From the NCBI GenBank assembly GCA_025359505.1, contig JANYHH010000005.1:14376-78375 (forward strand): DNA of 64,000 nt. Direction: 5' to 3'. This DNA comes from Deinococcales bacterium. Its GTDB lineage: Bacteria; Deinococcota; Deinococci; Deinococcales; JAAFIG01. Of this stretch, positions 34,651 to 43,203 are shown piece after piece. The position numbers were made by a program, and so were the translations under genes. The notes below the pieces were generated by a model, which was given only the letters and a program-made list of their open reading frames with translations, made no database searches and had not been told where the DNA came from. Each line of letters opens with the position of its first letter. Within the stretch, counting starts at the first letter, position 1.

Positions 34651-34724
34651 CCTTTCGCCTCTCCCTGCGGGAGAGGCCGCCCCGCAGGGGCGGGTGAAGG
34701 GGCGAGCGCAGCGAGTTGCCCTTG
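34651..34724 (-). repeat. GC-rich REP-like element, copy B (compact form, two nested hairpins)
   Basis: The + strand reads CCTTTCGCCTCTCCCTGCGGGAGAGGCCGCCCCGCAGGGGCGGGTGAAGGGGCGAGCGCAGCGAGTTGCCCTTG. The hairpins are GCCTCTCCC/GGGAGAGGC and CCGCCCC/GGGGCGG. Confidence 0.75.
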
Positions 34725-34778
34725 AACTTAAACGTCAACGCTTACCGCTGCCGCCTCGAGTTACACTCTGCACCGCCC

Positions 34779-37211
34779 ATGCTGCCCGTCCTCGAGTCCC
34801 TGCCCGCGCTGCGTAGCGCATTGGCGGCTCGGGGCATAGCGATTCTGACCGCGCCACCCGGTGCGGGCAAAAGTACGGTCGTGCCGCTCGAGTTGCTGAA
34901 CGAAGCTTGGCTGGCTGGGCAGGGCATTATTGTGCTGCAACCGCGTCGCTTGGCGGCCAAGGCCGTCGCGGCTCGCATGGCGGCGGGCTTGGGTGAGGCG
35001 GTCGGGCAGACGGTTGGGTACGCGGTGCGCTTGGAGCGCCGAGTCTCCGCGCAAACGCGCATTGAGGTCGTGACCGAGGGCATTCTGACGCGGCGCTTGC
35101 AATCTGACCCGGCGCTCATGGGGATCGGCTTAGTGATTTTCGACGAGTTCCACGAGCGCAGCTTGAACGCGGACACCGCGTTGGCGCTGATGCTCGAGGT
35201 CAGGGCGAATTTGCGCGACGATCTGCGCGTGCTGCTGATGAGTGCGACGCTAGAGACGACGGAGTTGGCAAAAATCTTAGGCGACGCGACGGTGATCTCG
35301 AGCGCGGGCAGGGCGTTTCCAGTCGAGGTCTTCTACGCGCCTCGAGAACCGACTGATGTGCTGCGCGGTGTGGTCAGTACGGTGCAGAACGCGCTCGAGG
35401 TTCACGAGGGCGATGCGCTGGTTTTTCTGCCCGGCGAAGCGGAAATTAAGCGCGTGATGAATGCGCTGGATGACGTGGACGCCGAGGTGCTGCCGCTGTA
35501 CGGCAACCTCAGTTTGGAAGCCCAGCAAGCCGCGATTGCCCCCGCCAACCATCGGCGGGTGGTATTGGCTACCAACATTGCCGAGACCAGCCTAACGATT
35601 CCGAACGTGCGGATCGTCGTGGACAGCGGCTTGATGAGAGTCTCACGCTTCGAGGCGGGGCTGGGTTTATCGCGCCTGAGCTTGACGCCCATCACCCGCG
35701 ACAGCGCCGATCAACGCGCTGGTCGCGCCGGACGGGTCGCGCCCGGTGTCTGCTACCGCCTCTGGACGAGTGCGGCACACAATAACTTCCTCAACGCTCG
35801 AGTCCCCGAAATTCTGGAAGCCGACCTCGCACCGCTGGCGCTCGAGCTGGCGGTCTGGGGCACGCATGAGGACGATTTGACGTGGGTCACACGCCCGCCC
35901 GTCGGGGCAATGGCGCAGGGACGGGCGCTGCTGGGGAGCTTAGGAGCTTTGAGCGCTGGGCGCGTGACGGCGCACGGACGCAACATGCACGCGCTGGGCA
36001 CGCACCCGCGCCTCGCGCATCTGCTGCTCGAGGGGGCGCGATTGGGTTTCGTGGCCACTGCCTGCGACCTCGCGGCGCTCTTAGAGGAGCGCGACCCGCT
36101 GCCGCGTGACGCTGGCGCTGACGCCACGTTGCGGCTCGAGGCACTGCGGGTTGAGCGTGGCGGCGCGTGGCAGCGAATCCGGCAACTGTCCATTGCGTAC
36201 AGAGCGAGACTCGATGATGTCGCGCCGTCTCGAGTCGCAACGGTCACGCCAAGCGATGTCGGGCGCTTGATCGCGCTGGCGTACCCGGAGCGGGTCGCGC
36301 AGCGCCGCACACCGTCGCGGGAGCGTTACAAGCTCAGCGGCGGGCGCGGTGTGACGCTGCCAGCGGGTGATGCGCTCTCGAGCGAGGATTACTTGGCGGT
36401 CGCGCATCTGGACGCGGGCAGCGTCGACGAGGGGCGCATTCACCTCGCCGCACCGCTCGACCCTCGAGACTTAGCTTCGGAGACTCGGGAAACCGTGGTC
36501 TGGGACGCCAGAAACGGCGTGCTGCAAGCGACCACGGAGCGCGTGTACGGTGCGCTGACACTCGAGACCCGCGCCCTGAACAGCATCCCTGACCCCCTAC
36601 GCACGTCAGCGCTGTGCGACGCGGTGCGGCTCGAGGGGCTGGAGATTCTGAAACCCTCGGACGCCGCCCGGCAATGGCTGGCTCGAGTAGAGAGTCTGCG
36701 CGTGTGGCGCGGTGACAGTGACCTGCCTGACTCGGGTGATGCGGCGCTGCTAGACACGCTCGAGACTTGGCTCGCCCCTCACCTGACCAGCGTGCGAAAG
36801 CGCGAGGACTTCGCCCGCATTGACCTGCTGAAGGCCCTGCGTGCGCGGCTCGGTTACGCCCAAAACCAGCTCCTCGAGACTCTTGCCCCCAGTAAAATGG
36901 CCGTTCCCAGCGGCTCGAGCATCCGCCTCGAGTACAGCGCGGACGGTAGCGCCCCAGTCTTGGCGGTGCGCCTGCAAGAGGTCTTTGGCTGGCTCGAGAC
37001 GCCCACCGTCAACGCTGGGCGCACGCCCGTGTTGATGCACCTGCTGTCGCCCGCGTACCGACCCGTGCAGGTCACGCAGGATTTACGGAGCTTCTGGGCA
37101 AGCGCGTACATCGCGGTGCGGCGCGAGTTGAAGATTCGCTACCCAAAGCACTCGTGGCCCGAAGATCCGCTGACGGCAACGGCGGTGCGCGGTGCTCAAA
37201 AACGACGCTGA
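34779..37211 (+). CDS. hrpB: ATP-dependent RNA helicase HrpB (DEAH-box)
   Basis: TAPPGAGKST (motif I), DEFHERS (motif II), and the HrpB C-terminal domain ...RLQEVFGWLETP...LLSPAYRPVQVTQDLRSFW... Confidence 0.9.
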   Translation: MLPVLESLPALRSALAARGIAILTAPPGAGKSTVVPLELLNEAWLAGQGIIVLQPRRLAAKAVAARMAAGLGEAVGQTVGYAVRLERRVSAQTRIEVVTEGILTRRLQSDPALMGIGLVIFDEFHERSLNADTALALMLEVRANLRDDLRVLLMSATLETTELAKILGDATVISSAGRAFPVEVFYAPREPTDVLRGVVSTVQNALEVHEGDALVFLPGEAEIKRVMNALDDVDAEVLPLYGNLSLEAQQAAIAPANHRRVVLATNIAETSLTIPNVRIVVDSGLMRVSRFEAGLGLSRLSLTPITRDSADQRAGRAGRVAPGVCYRLWTSAAHNNFLNARVPEILEADLAPLALELAVWGTHEDDLTWVTRPPVGAMAQGRALLGSLGALSAGRVTAHGRNMHALGTHPRLAHLLLEGARLGFVATACDLAALLEERDPLPRDAGADATLRLEALRVERGGAWQRIRQLSIAYRARLDDVAPSRVATVTPSDVGRLIALAYPERVAQRRTPSRERYKLSGGRGVTLPAGDALSSEDYLAVAHLDAGSVDEGRIHLAAPLDPRDLASETRETVVWDARNGVLQATTERVYGALTLETRALNSIPDPLRTSALCDAVRLEGLEILKPSDAARQWLARVESLRVWRGDSDLPDSGDAALLDTLETWLAPHLTSVRKREDFARIDLLKALRARLGYAQNQLLETLAPSKMAVPSGSSIRLEYSADGSAPVLAVRLQEVFGWLETPTVNAGRTPVLMHLLSPAYRPVQVTQDLRSFWASAYIAVRRELKIRYPKHSWPEDPLTATAVRGAQKRR

Positions 37212-37241
37212 CCCAAAGCACAAACCGCTATACTGGCGCAA

Positions 37242-37685
37242 ATGATCGAATACGTCGTTCTGTGCGTCGAGCCGCAACCCGTGGGTCTGACCGCTGTGCG
37301 CGAGCTGCTGACCAGTGACGCGTACCGCGAGGTCGGCATGGAAACCGTGGCTGACGAGAACCCAGCGATTCGTCGCGCCCTGCGTACCTTCACCGATCTG
37401 CGCGGTTTGGAGCTGATCCTAACCGTGGGCGGCAGCGGTGTCGGTCTGCGCGAGCGCGTGCCGGAAGTCACGCAGGAACTGATCGAGCGTCCGATTCTGG
37501 GACTGGCTGAACTGATGCGCCTCGCTGGAATTCAGACCTCGAGACGGGCTGCACTGTGGCGCGGTCTGAGCGGGCAGCGCGGCAAAACCCTGATCGTCAA
37601 CCTGCCAAGCGATGATACCCGCGTCGCGCTCGAGGCGATCCTGCCCGTGCTGCCGTTGACGGTCAGCAGCATCAAAGGCATGTAG
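37242..37685 (+). CDS. MoaB/MogA-like molybdenum cofactor biosynthesis domain protein
   Basis: LILTVGGSGVGLRERVPEVT corresponds to the MoCF_biosynth TTGGTG..D.T motif region. Confidence 0.65.
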   Translation: MIEYVVLCVEPQPVGLTAVRELLTSDAYREVGMETVADENPAIRRALRTFTDLRGLELILTVGGSGVGLRERVPEVTQELIERPILGLAELMRLAGIQTSRRAALWRGLSGQRGKTLIVNLPSDDTRVALEAILPVLPLTVSSIKGM

Positions 37686-37698
37686 CGGCTCGAGCTAT

Positions 37699-37727
37699 AA
37701 AAAGACGCCCATTCAGGGCGTCTTTTC
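37699..37727. terminator. Bidirectional rho-independent terminator between the MoaB-like gene and rpsT
   Basis: AAAAAGACGCCC-attca-GGGCGTCTTTT. Confidence 0.75.
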
Positions 37728-37741
37728 TACAACTTTGAAAT

Positions 37742-38077
37742 TTAAGCTTGAACGGCTTTGGCGGCGTTGATCTTGTTGATCGCCTTCGCCAAGCGGCTCT
37801 TCTTGCGAGCAGCGGCGCGTTTGTGCAGCGCACTGCCCTTGGCGGCCTTGTCGATCAGGCTCTCGGCGCGTTGCGTCAATGCCACGGCTTCGCTCGCACC
37901 CTCGGTCACGGCGACCACGGCTTTCTTGACGAAGGTCTTGATCGTGCTTTTGACAGCGCGGTTGCGGGTACGGGCTTTCAAGCTCTGACGGTGACGCTTT
38001 TGCTGCGCCATACCGCGACGCTTAGCGCGGATTGTTTTACGTTCTTTACGGGTTTTCGGTTTCGCTGCGACGGCCAT
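37742..38077 (-). CDS. rpsT: 30S ribosomal protein S20
   Basis: [29 protein letters not shown] is the S20 signature. An alternative internal start is at 38011 ([10 protein letters not shown]...). Confidence 0.85.
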   Translation of the reverse strand: MAVAAKPKTRKERKTIRAKRRGMAQQKRHRQSLKARTRNRAVKSTIKTFVKKAVVAVTEGASEAVALTQRAESLIDKAAKGSALHKRAAARKKSRLAKAINKINAAKAVQA

Positions 38078-38533
38078 GTTGACTGCTTTCTCGTTCCATC
38101 GTGGGAACGGCGGACGCCGCTTGAGGCTGCGCCCGATGCGACAGACAAGAAATTCTTATCTGCGCGACACACCCAAACTGCTGGATGTGCGCGACACTGA
38201 AAATGATTCAATGCCGCAAACGGCTATGAAGGGTAGCACGGCAAAGCGCACACTGTCCAATCGCAAACGGCTCGCTGCGGTTTTTATCTCGAGGTTAGCC
38301 GATTCTTACCGACTCGAGCGCAGTCCCTGACAACCCCTCGAGCAATTCAAATCCGCACGTTTTGGATTCAATGCGAACGCATGAAATGTCGTTCTATGCA
38401 ATCAACCCATGAACAATATCGTCGCGGACAATATCAACGCGCTTCAGAACACCATGATTCTTTGAGACATTTTGTGATGGTTTTTATTTTCTCACTTGAC
38501 AAAAGAAAACACTATGTATTAGCGTTATCACTG

Positions 38534-39007
38534 ATGAATATCAAAACGCTGGAAGAAATCGTCAACGAGCAAACCTCGTACAAGCCCTCGAGCCTCTACA
38601 ATGCCATTTTTAAAGCCATTAAAAGCGGCGCTTTGGCAGGCAAGGCCATTCCCTTGAACCGCAACGATGCCAACGCGAAGTTTCAAATCGTCAAAGCCTC
38701 GTCGCGTGATGGCAAGAGCGCCACGAAACCCGTGACGAACTTCATCATCATTGATATGGACGGTTTCAACGTCTGGTTTGACAGCGCTAAAAAAGGTATT
38801 CGCACAACCATGACCATCAACCGCGCTCAGATGACCATGCCAAACCTCGCTGACGTGAAAAGTGGGCGCTTCACCGACGATCAACTGACCGCCTTCGCGC
38901 AGCACGTCGCCAACAAGCGTTATGGCTCTCACCGCGCAGGCAAGAAGTCAACCGGCCCGAAAGCACCCGGCACGGGCAAGCCCGGCCGGCCGAAGAAGAA
39001 CAAGTAA
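38534..39007 (+). CDS. Hypothetical protein with a C-terminal AT-hook-like tail (PGRPKKNK), in a low-GC islet
   Basis: ORF whose G+C is visibly lower than the surroundings. The start is set at MNIKTLEE because the ORF-track extension runs through an AT-rich promoter-like region containing TTGACA. No obvious RBS. Confidence 0.45.
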   Translation: MNIKTLEEIVNEQTSYKPSSLYNAIFKAIKSGALAGKAIPLNRNDANAKFQIVKASSRDGKSATKPVTNFIIIDMDGFNVWFDSAKKGIRTTMTINRAQMTMPNLADVKSGRFTDDQLTAFAQHVANKRYGSHRAGKKSTGPKAPGTGKPGRPKKNK

Positions 39008-39128
39008 AAGTAAGCGGTTAACGTAGGCACAGTGCGGAGGGCAAAGAGCGCAAGCTCGAGATGCCCTCCGCTTTTTGGCACTCGGCTCTCTGCACTTTTC
39101 TTTCAGCGCTCTGCGCTACACTAATCCC

Positions 39129-40121
39129 ATGACCCACACCGCTTTCGATCCGTTCGCGCTCGAGCTTCACGCCTCGGAGCGCAATCCGGGACAAAAACTG
39201 GATTTGGATTGGGTGCGTTCTACCCGCATTAACAAGAGCGCTGTGGAGCGCCGCGCCGCGACGATTGGCACGCGCCGCACCGTCAAAAAAGAGTGGCAGG
39301 CGGCGTGGCTGCTGCGTGCCATCACCTTGATCGACTTGACCACACTGATGGGCGACGACACAGACACGAACGTCAAGCGCTTGTGCAGCAAAGCCATGCA
39401 CCCCGTGCGCCCAGATTTGCTCGAGGCGCTGGGGGCGAGCGAGTTGGGGATCACGACGGGAGCGGTCTGCGTGTACAACCCGTTCGTCAAAACGGCCGTG
39501 CGGGCGCTTGAAGGCAGCAGCGTGCCGGTCGCTGCCGTGTCCACCGCGTTTCCGGCCGGACTCGCGCCGATGAAGATTCGGCTCGAGGAGGTCAGAAACA
39601 GCGTGTCTGACGGTGCGAGTGAGATTGATATGGTGATTACGCGGGGGCTGGCGCTCGGGAATCACTGGGAAGCGCTGTACGACGAGGTACGGGCGGTGCG
39701 CGAGGCTTGCGGTGACTCGAGGCTGAAAGTCATTCTCGGCACGGGCGAGCTGGCGACGATGACGACGATTGCGCGGGCCAGTCTGGTGGCGATGATGGCG
39801 GGCGCGGATTTTGTGAAGACCAGCACCGGCAAGGAAAGCGTCAACGCCACACTGCCGATCAGTCTGGTGATGGTGCGCCAAGTCAGGGCGTACTTGGAAG
39901 CGACCGGCTACCGCGTCGGTTACAAGCCCGCTGGCGGGATTCGCAGCGCCAAGAACGCCTTGGAGTACCTGTTCATGATGCGTGACGAACTGGGCATGCC
40001 GTGGCTCGAGCCGTATTTATTTCGGTTTGGCGCGTCTGGATTGCTGACCGACATCGAGCGGCAGTTGGAGCATTTCGTGACCGGCGCGTACTCGAGTACG
40101 TACCGCCACCCGATGGTCTGA
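39129..40121 (+). CDS. deoC: Deoxyribose-phosphate aldolase (long, DERA-like form)
   Basis: LIDLTTL...GAVCVYNPFV...EIDMVI...ADFVKTSTGKE (Schiff-base Lys context). Confidence 0.85.
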   Translation: MTHTAFDPFALELHASERNPGQKLDLDWVRSTRINKSAVERRAATIGTRRTVKKEWQAAWLLRAITLIDLTTLMGDDTDTNVKRLCSKAMHPVRPDLLEALGASELGITTGAVCVYNPFVKTAVRALEGSSVPVAAVSTAFPAGLAPMKIRLEEVRNSVSDGASEIDMVITRGLALGNHWEALYDEVRAVREACGDSRLKVILGTGELATMTTIARASLVAMMAGADFVKTSTGKESVNATLPISLVMVRQVRAYLEATGYRVGYKPAGGIRSAKNALEYLFMMRDELGMPWLEPYLFRFGASGLLTDIERQLEHFVTGAYSSTYRHPMV

Positions 40122-40329
40122 AGTGGGTGCAAGCTCGAGCCGGGCATGATCGCTTGAATGGGCTAGGCAACGCCTTTGAATTTCAAGTGCCAAAAGGTTG
40201 AAAATACTTGGGTTGATCTCGCCTCGAGAGCCGTTGGCGAGCGGGTATTTGCGCTGCACATTTTCAAATGTCTAACCCAGCAGTCATGGATGCTCGAGCA
40301 GTGAAGAAAGCGCAGTGCGCTACCAGCCG

Positions 40330-40351
40330 CACTGCTCGAGCAGTGATTTTT
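40330..40351 (+). terminator. Terminator-like 16-bp perfect palindrome plus a T-run in the cdaA leader
   Basis: CACTGCTCGAGCAGTG followed by ATTTTT. It overlaps alternative pairings (see findings). Confidence 0.35.
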
Positions 40352-40445
40352 AAGAAACGATTAAGCCAATTGCGCGAGGCACGTGGCCGCATTTAGGTTT
40401 AGAGTGGGCGTACACGTCGTTTGTGTTCTCCCAGAGAGGAAATCT

Positions 40446-41321
40446 GTGTTCACGTTCTTCGATGCGCTCGATATCGCGCTGGTGACGATCCTGATCTATC
40501 AGGCGTACCGCCTCGTGGTCAACTCGAGGACGCTGAACTTGCTGCGCGGACTGCTGGTTTTCGGGCTGCTGCTGTACGTGTCGCGCCTGCTGGGGCTGGC
40601 GACGATCAATTTCATTTTGTCGCAATTGGCGACAGTCGGTTTGTTCGCGCTGATCGTCGTCTTCCAGCCGGAACTGCGCTCATTGCTCGAGCGCGTCGGA
40701 CGGCCCACGCAGCGCGAAGACGCGCCGCAGGTGCTGGCGCTGAACGAGATTGCGAGGGCAGTAGAGCGCCTCGCGGAGCGCAAAATCGGGGCGCTGATTG
40801 CCTTGGAGCGCCAAACACCGCTGGGCGATTACGCGGGCAATGGCGTGACCCTAGACGCGAGCGTCACCAGCTTGATGCTCGAGACGATCTTCGCCCGCAA
40901 CACGCCGCTGCACGATGGCGGAGTGATCGTGCAACACGGGCGGATTCAAGCGGCCGGGTGCTTGTTCCCGCTGCAACAAGAAGCCAGTGGCGTCAGGCGC
41001 TTGTACGGCACGCGCCACCGCGCCGCGCTGGGGTTATCGGAGCTGAGCGACGCGCTGATCGTCGTCGTCTCGGAGGAGCGCGGCAGCATTCGCGTGGCGC
41101 TGGCGGGGCAACTCTCGCCAGACCTGAGCATCGGTGAGCTGCGCGAACGCTTGCGCGAAGCGGCCGTGACCGCGCCGCCGATCACATTCAACCCAATCAA
41201 ACTGTTGCAGCGCGATAAACCTATTTCTAAAACTGCCGCACCCAAAGCGAACAAGCCGCTCGAGGGCAATGCGAAGCTCGAGGACAGTATTCATCTGATG
41301 GACAAAGCCAATGCAGACTGA
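40446..41321 (+). CDS. cdaA: Diadenylate cyclase CdaA (DisA_N domain, three N-terminal TM helices)
   Basis: DIALVTILIYQAYRL..., GALIALERQTPLGDY, TPLHDGGVIV and YGTRHRAALGLSE...VVVSEERG. The GTG start at 40446 has a GAGAGGAAA RBS. Confidence 0.85.
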   Translation: MFTFFDALDIALVTILIYQAYRLVVNSRTLNLLRGLLVFGLLLYVSRLLGLATINFILSQLATVGLFALIVVFQPELRSLLERVGRPTQREDAPQVLALNEIARAVERLAERKIGALIALERQTPLGDYAGNGVTLDASVTSLMLETIFARNTPLHDGGVIVQHGRIQAAGCLFPLQQEASGVRRLYGTRHRAALGLSELSDALIVVVSEERGSIRVALAGQLSPDLSIGELRERLREAAVTAPPITFNPIKLLQRDKPISKTAAPKANKPLEGNAKLEDSIHLMDKANAD

Positions 41322-41976
41322 TCGCGCCCCGATGCTGAGCTGGTGGCAGCGCCTCACCAGCGATTTACCGCTGAAGATTGGTGCGGTGCTGCTGGCGGGA
41401 TTGTTGTGGTACGCCGCGACCGAGGATCGCCGGGCGACCGTGACCCGCACACTGGAGCTACCGCTGGTCGTGCAGGGCTTATCGGCCCAGCGGGCGGTCA
41501 GCGACCTGCCGCAAAGCGTCAAAGCGACCGTGCGCGGGCCACGCGCCACCTTGGAAACGCTCGAGATCAAAGACTTAGAGGCAACGATCGATGTCACCCG
41601 CACCGCCGAAGGTTATTTCAGCGAGGACGTGCGGCTGACCGCGCCGGAAGGCTTGAGCAAAATCGCCCTGCAACCCAATCGCGTCAGCGGATCGCTGGAA
41701 TTGCTGGTCACGCGGGGCGTCGCGGTGCGCGTCGCCAGTCTGGAATCGCGCCTGCCCGGATCGCTGGATTTGACTCCCGTGCGTTTAGAGCCGCGCAACG
41801 TCAAAGCCAGCGGGCGGCGCGTGTCGGTGGAACGCGTGATGTTCGCACTCGGCGTGGCCACGCGACTGCCCGCCAAAGGCGCGGCGCTCGAGGTCAGGCT
41901 GACGGCCGTGGACGAGCGCGGTGAACCCGTTGAAGGCGTGACGCTCGAGCCGGGGTTGGTCAAGCTCAGTTTGTGA
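41311..41976 (+). CDS. cdaR: YbbR-domain protein (CdaR, regulator of CdaA)
   Basis: It overlaps the cdaA stop and has an N-terminal TM helix. YbbR-like repeats are present (VKATVRGPRATLETL..DLEATIDV). Confidence 0.75.
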   Translation: MQTDRAPMLSWWQRLTSDLPLKIGAVLLAGLLWYAATEDRRATVTRTLELPLVVQGLSAQRAVSDLPQSVKATVRGPRATLETLEIKDLEATIDVTRTAEGYFSEDVRLTAPEGLSKIALQPNRVSGSLELLVTRGVAVRVASLESRLPGSLDLTPVRLEPRNVKASGRRVSVERVMFALGVATRLPAKGAALEVRLTAVDERGEPVEGVTLEPGLVKLSL

Positions 41977-42155
41977 CGGGGATCATCTGCGAGGAGTCAC
42001 CGTCGTCGTAAATCACGGCTCGAGGGGATTTGAGGCAGTCCATTGCAGTGAAGTGACGCAACTGTGCGTTGCGTGCAGCGTGAGCTGACCTTGGCGTAGA
42101 GGCTGCAAGCCTGCATCCCCAAATTGTCCCGCACTTTGACAGGCACAATAAAGCC

Positions 42156-42611
42156 ATGAATCACCTGTTCAAATTCGCCGCGAAACTAATGTTTGAGAAT
42201 CCCGCCCGCAACAAGTCCTTCGCGGAGCTGCGTCAGAAGCTCGAGGTGAGCGGCGCTGAAATCCTCGGGCGCTGTGTCAACGCGGGCGATTCAGCCAACA
42301 ACCGCAAGGTCTTAGCGCACATCGTCGCTATTGAACGCTGGGGCGCGAACCGCTTGGCGGTACTGCTCGGGGATAAGCCGCTCGAGCTGGACGGCAGTCG
42401 CGCCTACGCGCCGGACAGCGCGAATTGGGCTGAGTTGCAAGACGGCTTCAAGCAGACTCGAGCAGCAACGGTCAACTCAACCGCGAGGCTCGAGGCGAGC
42501 GGCTCTGTGGCGACCGTGCCGCACAATCAATTCGGTGAGGTCAGTGGGCGCGGTTGGGTGCAGTACCTGACCTCGCACGCGCATTTGGAGAGCCGCAAAA
42601 TAAAAAGCTGA
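42156..42611 (+). CDS. DinB-family (four-helix bundle) protein
   Basis: The size, the pattern LAHIVAIERW...QYLTSHAHLE, and the His positions are consistent with the DinB/YfiT-like fold. Confidence 0.55.
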   Translation: MNHLFKFAAKLMFENPARNKSFAELRQKLEVSGAEILGRCVNAGDSANNRKVLAHIVAIERWGANRLAVLLGDKPLELDGSRAYAPDSANWAELQDGFKQTRAATVNSTARLEASGSVATVPHNQFGEVSGRGWVQYLTSHAHLESRKIKS

Positions 42612-42629
42612 GGGGACATCCCCTCGAGC

Positions 42630-42665
42630 CTTTACACAGTGCTTTACACAGTGCTTTACACAGTG
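42630..42665. repeat. Perfect 12-bp tandem repeat x3 in a convergent intergenic spacer
   Basis: CTTTACACAGTG CTTTACACAGTG CTTTACACAGTG. Confidence 0.9.
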
Positions 42666-42669
42666 GTGC

Positions 42670-43083
42670 TCAGAGTTCGCCTTTGAACCACAACCCGAGT
42701 TCTCGAGCTGCGCTGTCAGCGCTGTCCGAGCCGTGAACAACGTTCTCGTCCACGGTGGTCGCAAATTCAAATCGGATCGTGCCCGGCGCACTGTCCCACG
42801 GCCGGGTCGCGCCCATCATGCGCCGCCACTCACTGACGACCTGCTCACCCTCGACGCACATCGCCACGACCGGGCCGCCGCTGAGGAAGCTGACCAGACC
42901 GCCAAAGAACGGGCGCTCGCGGTGCTCGGCGTAATGCTCACCGACCAGTTCAGGTGAGGCGGTCATCATTTTCAGGGCAATAATCTTAAAGCCCTTTTGC
43001 TCGAACCTCGAGACGATTTCTCCGACCAAACCACGGCGCACGCCGTCGGGTTTGACCATTGCGAATGTGCGTTCAATTGACAT
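42670..43083 (-). CDS. ndk: Nucleoside diphosphate kinase
   Basis: [20 protein letters not shown]...NVVHGSDS (active-site His). Confidence 0.95.
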   Translation of the reverse strand: MSIERTFAMVKPDGVRRGLVGEIVSRFEQKGFKIIALKMMTASPELVGEHYAEHRERPFFGGLVSFLSGGPVVAMCVEGEQVVSEWRRMMGATRPWDSAPGTIRFEFATTVDENVVHGSDSADSAARELGLWFKGEL

Positions 43084-43203
43084 ACGTTCCCTATCCTAGC
43101 AGACAACGTGCGGGGACTCGAGGCTGCCTTTCAAATCTCTCGAGCCTTGTCTATCCCACGTCAACCAATCCTTCGTGCTCAAAGGAGTAGACTCCCTAGC
43201 ACT

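Noticed and set aside
34601-34778. ORF-track N-terminal extensions of the PNPOx-like gene (to 34738) and of hrpB (from 34716)
   Set aside because: Both extensions read through the REP-like GC-rich hairpin element and have no RBS. The conserved protein cores begin at 34600 (minus strand) and 34779 (plus strand).
39018-39881. A 287-aa minus-strand ORF overlapping deoC. Similar long antisense ORFs occur at 28027-28947, 43885-44736, 55061-56029, 41034-41603 and 35753-36310.
   Set aside because: Each lies opposite a confidently identified gene (deoC, ctpA, the aminotransferase, the U32 peptidase, cdaA/cdaR, hrpB). Their Arg/His/Pro-rich composition is typical of GC-rich shadow frames.
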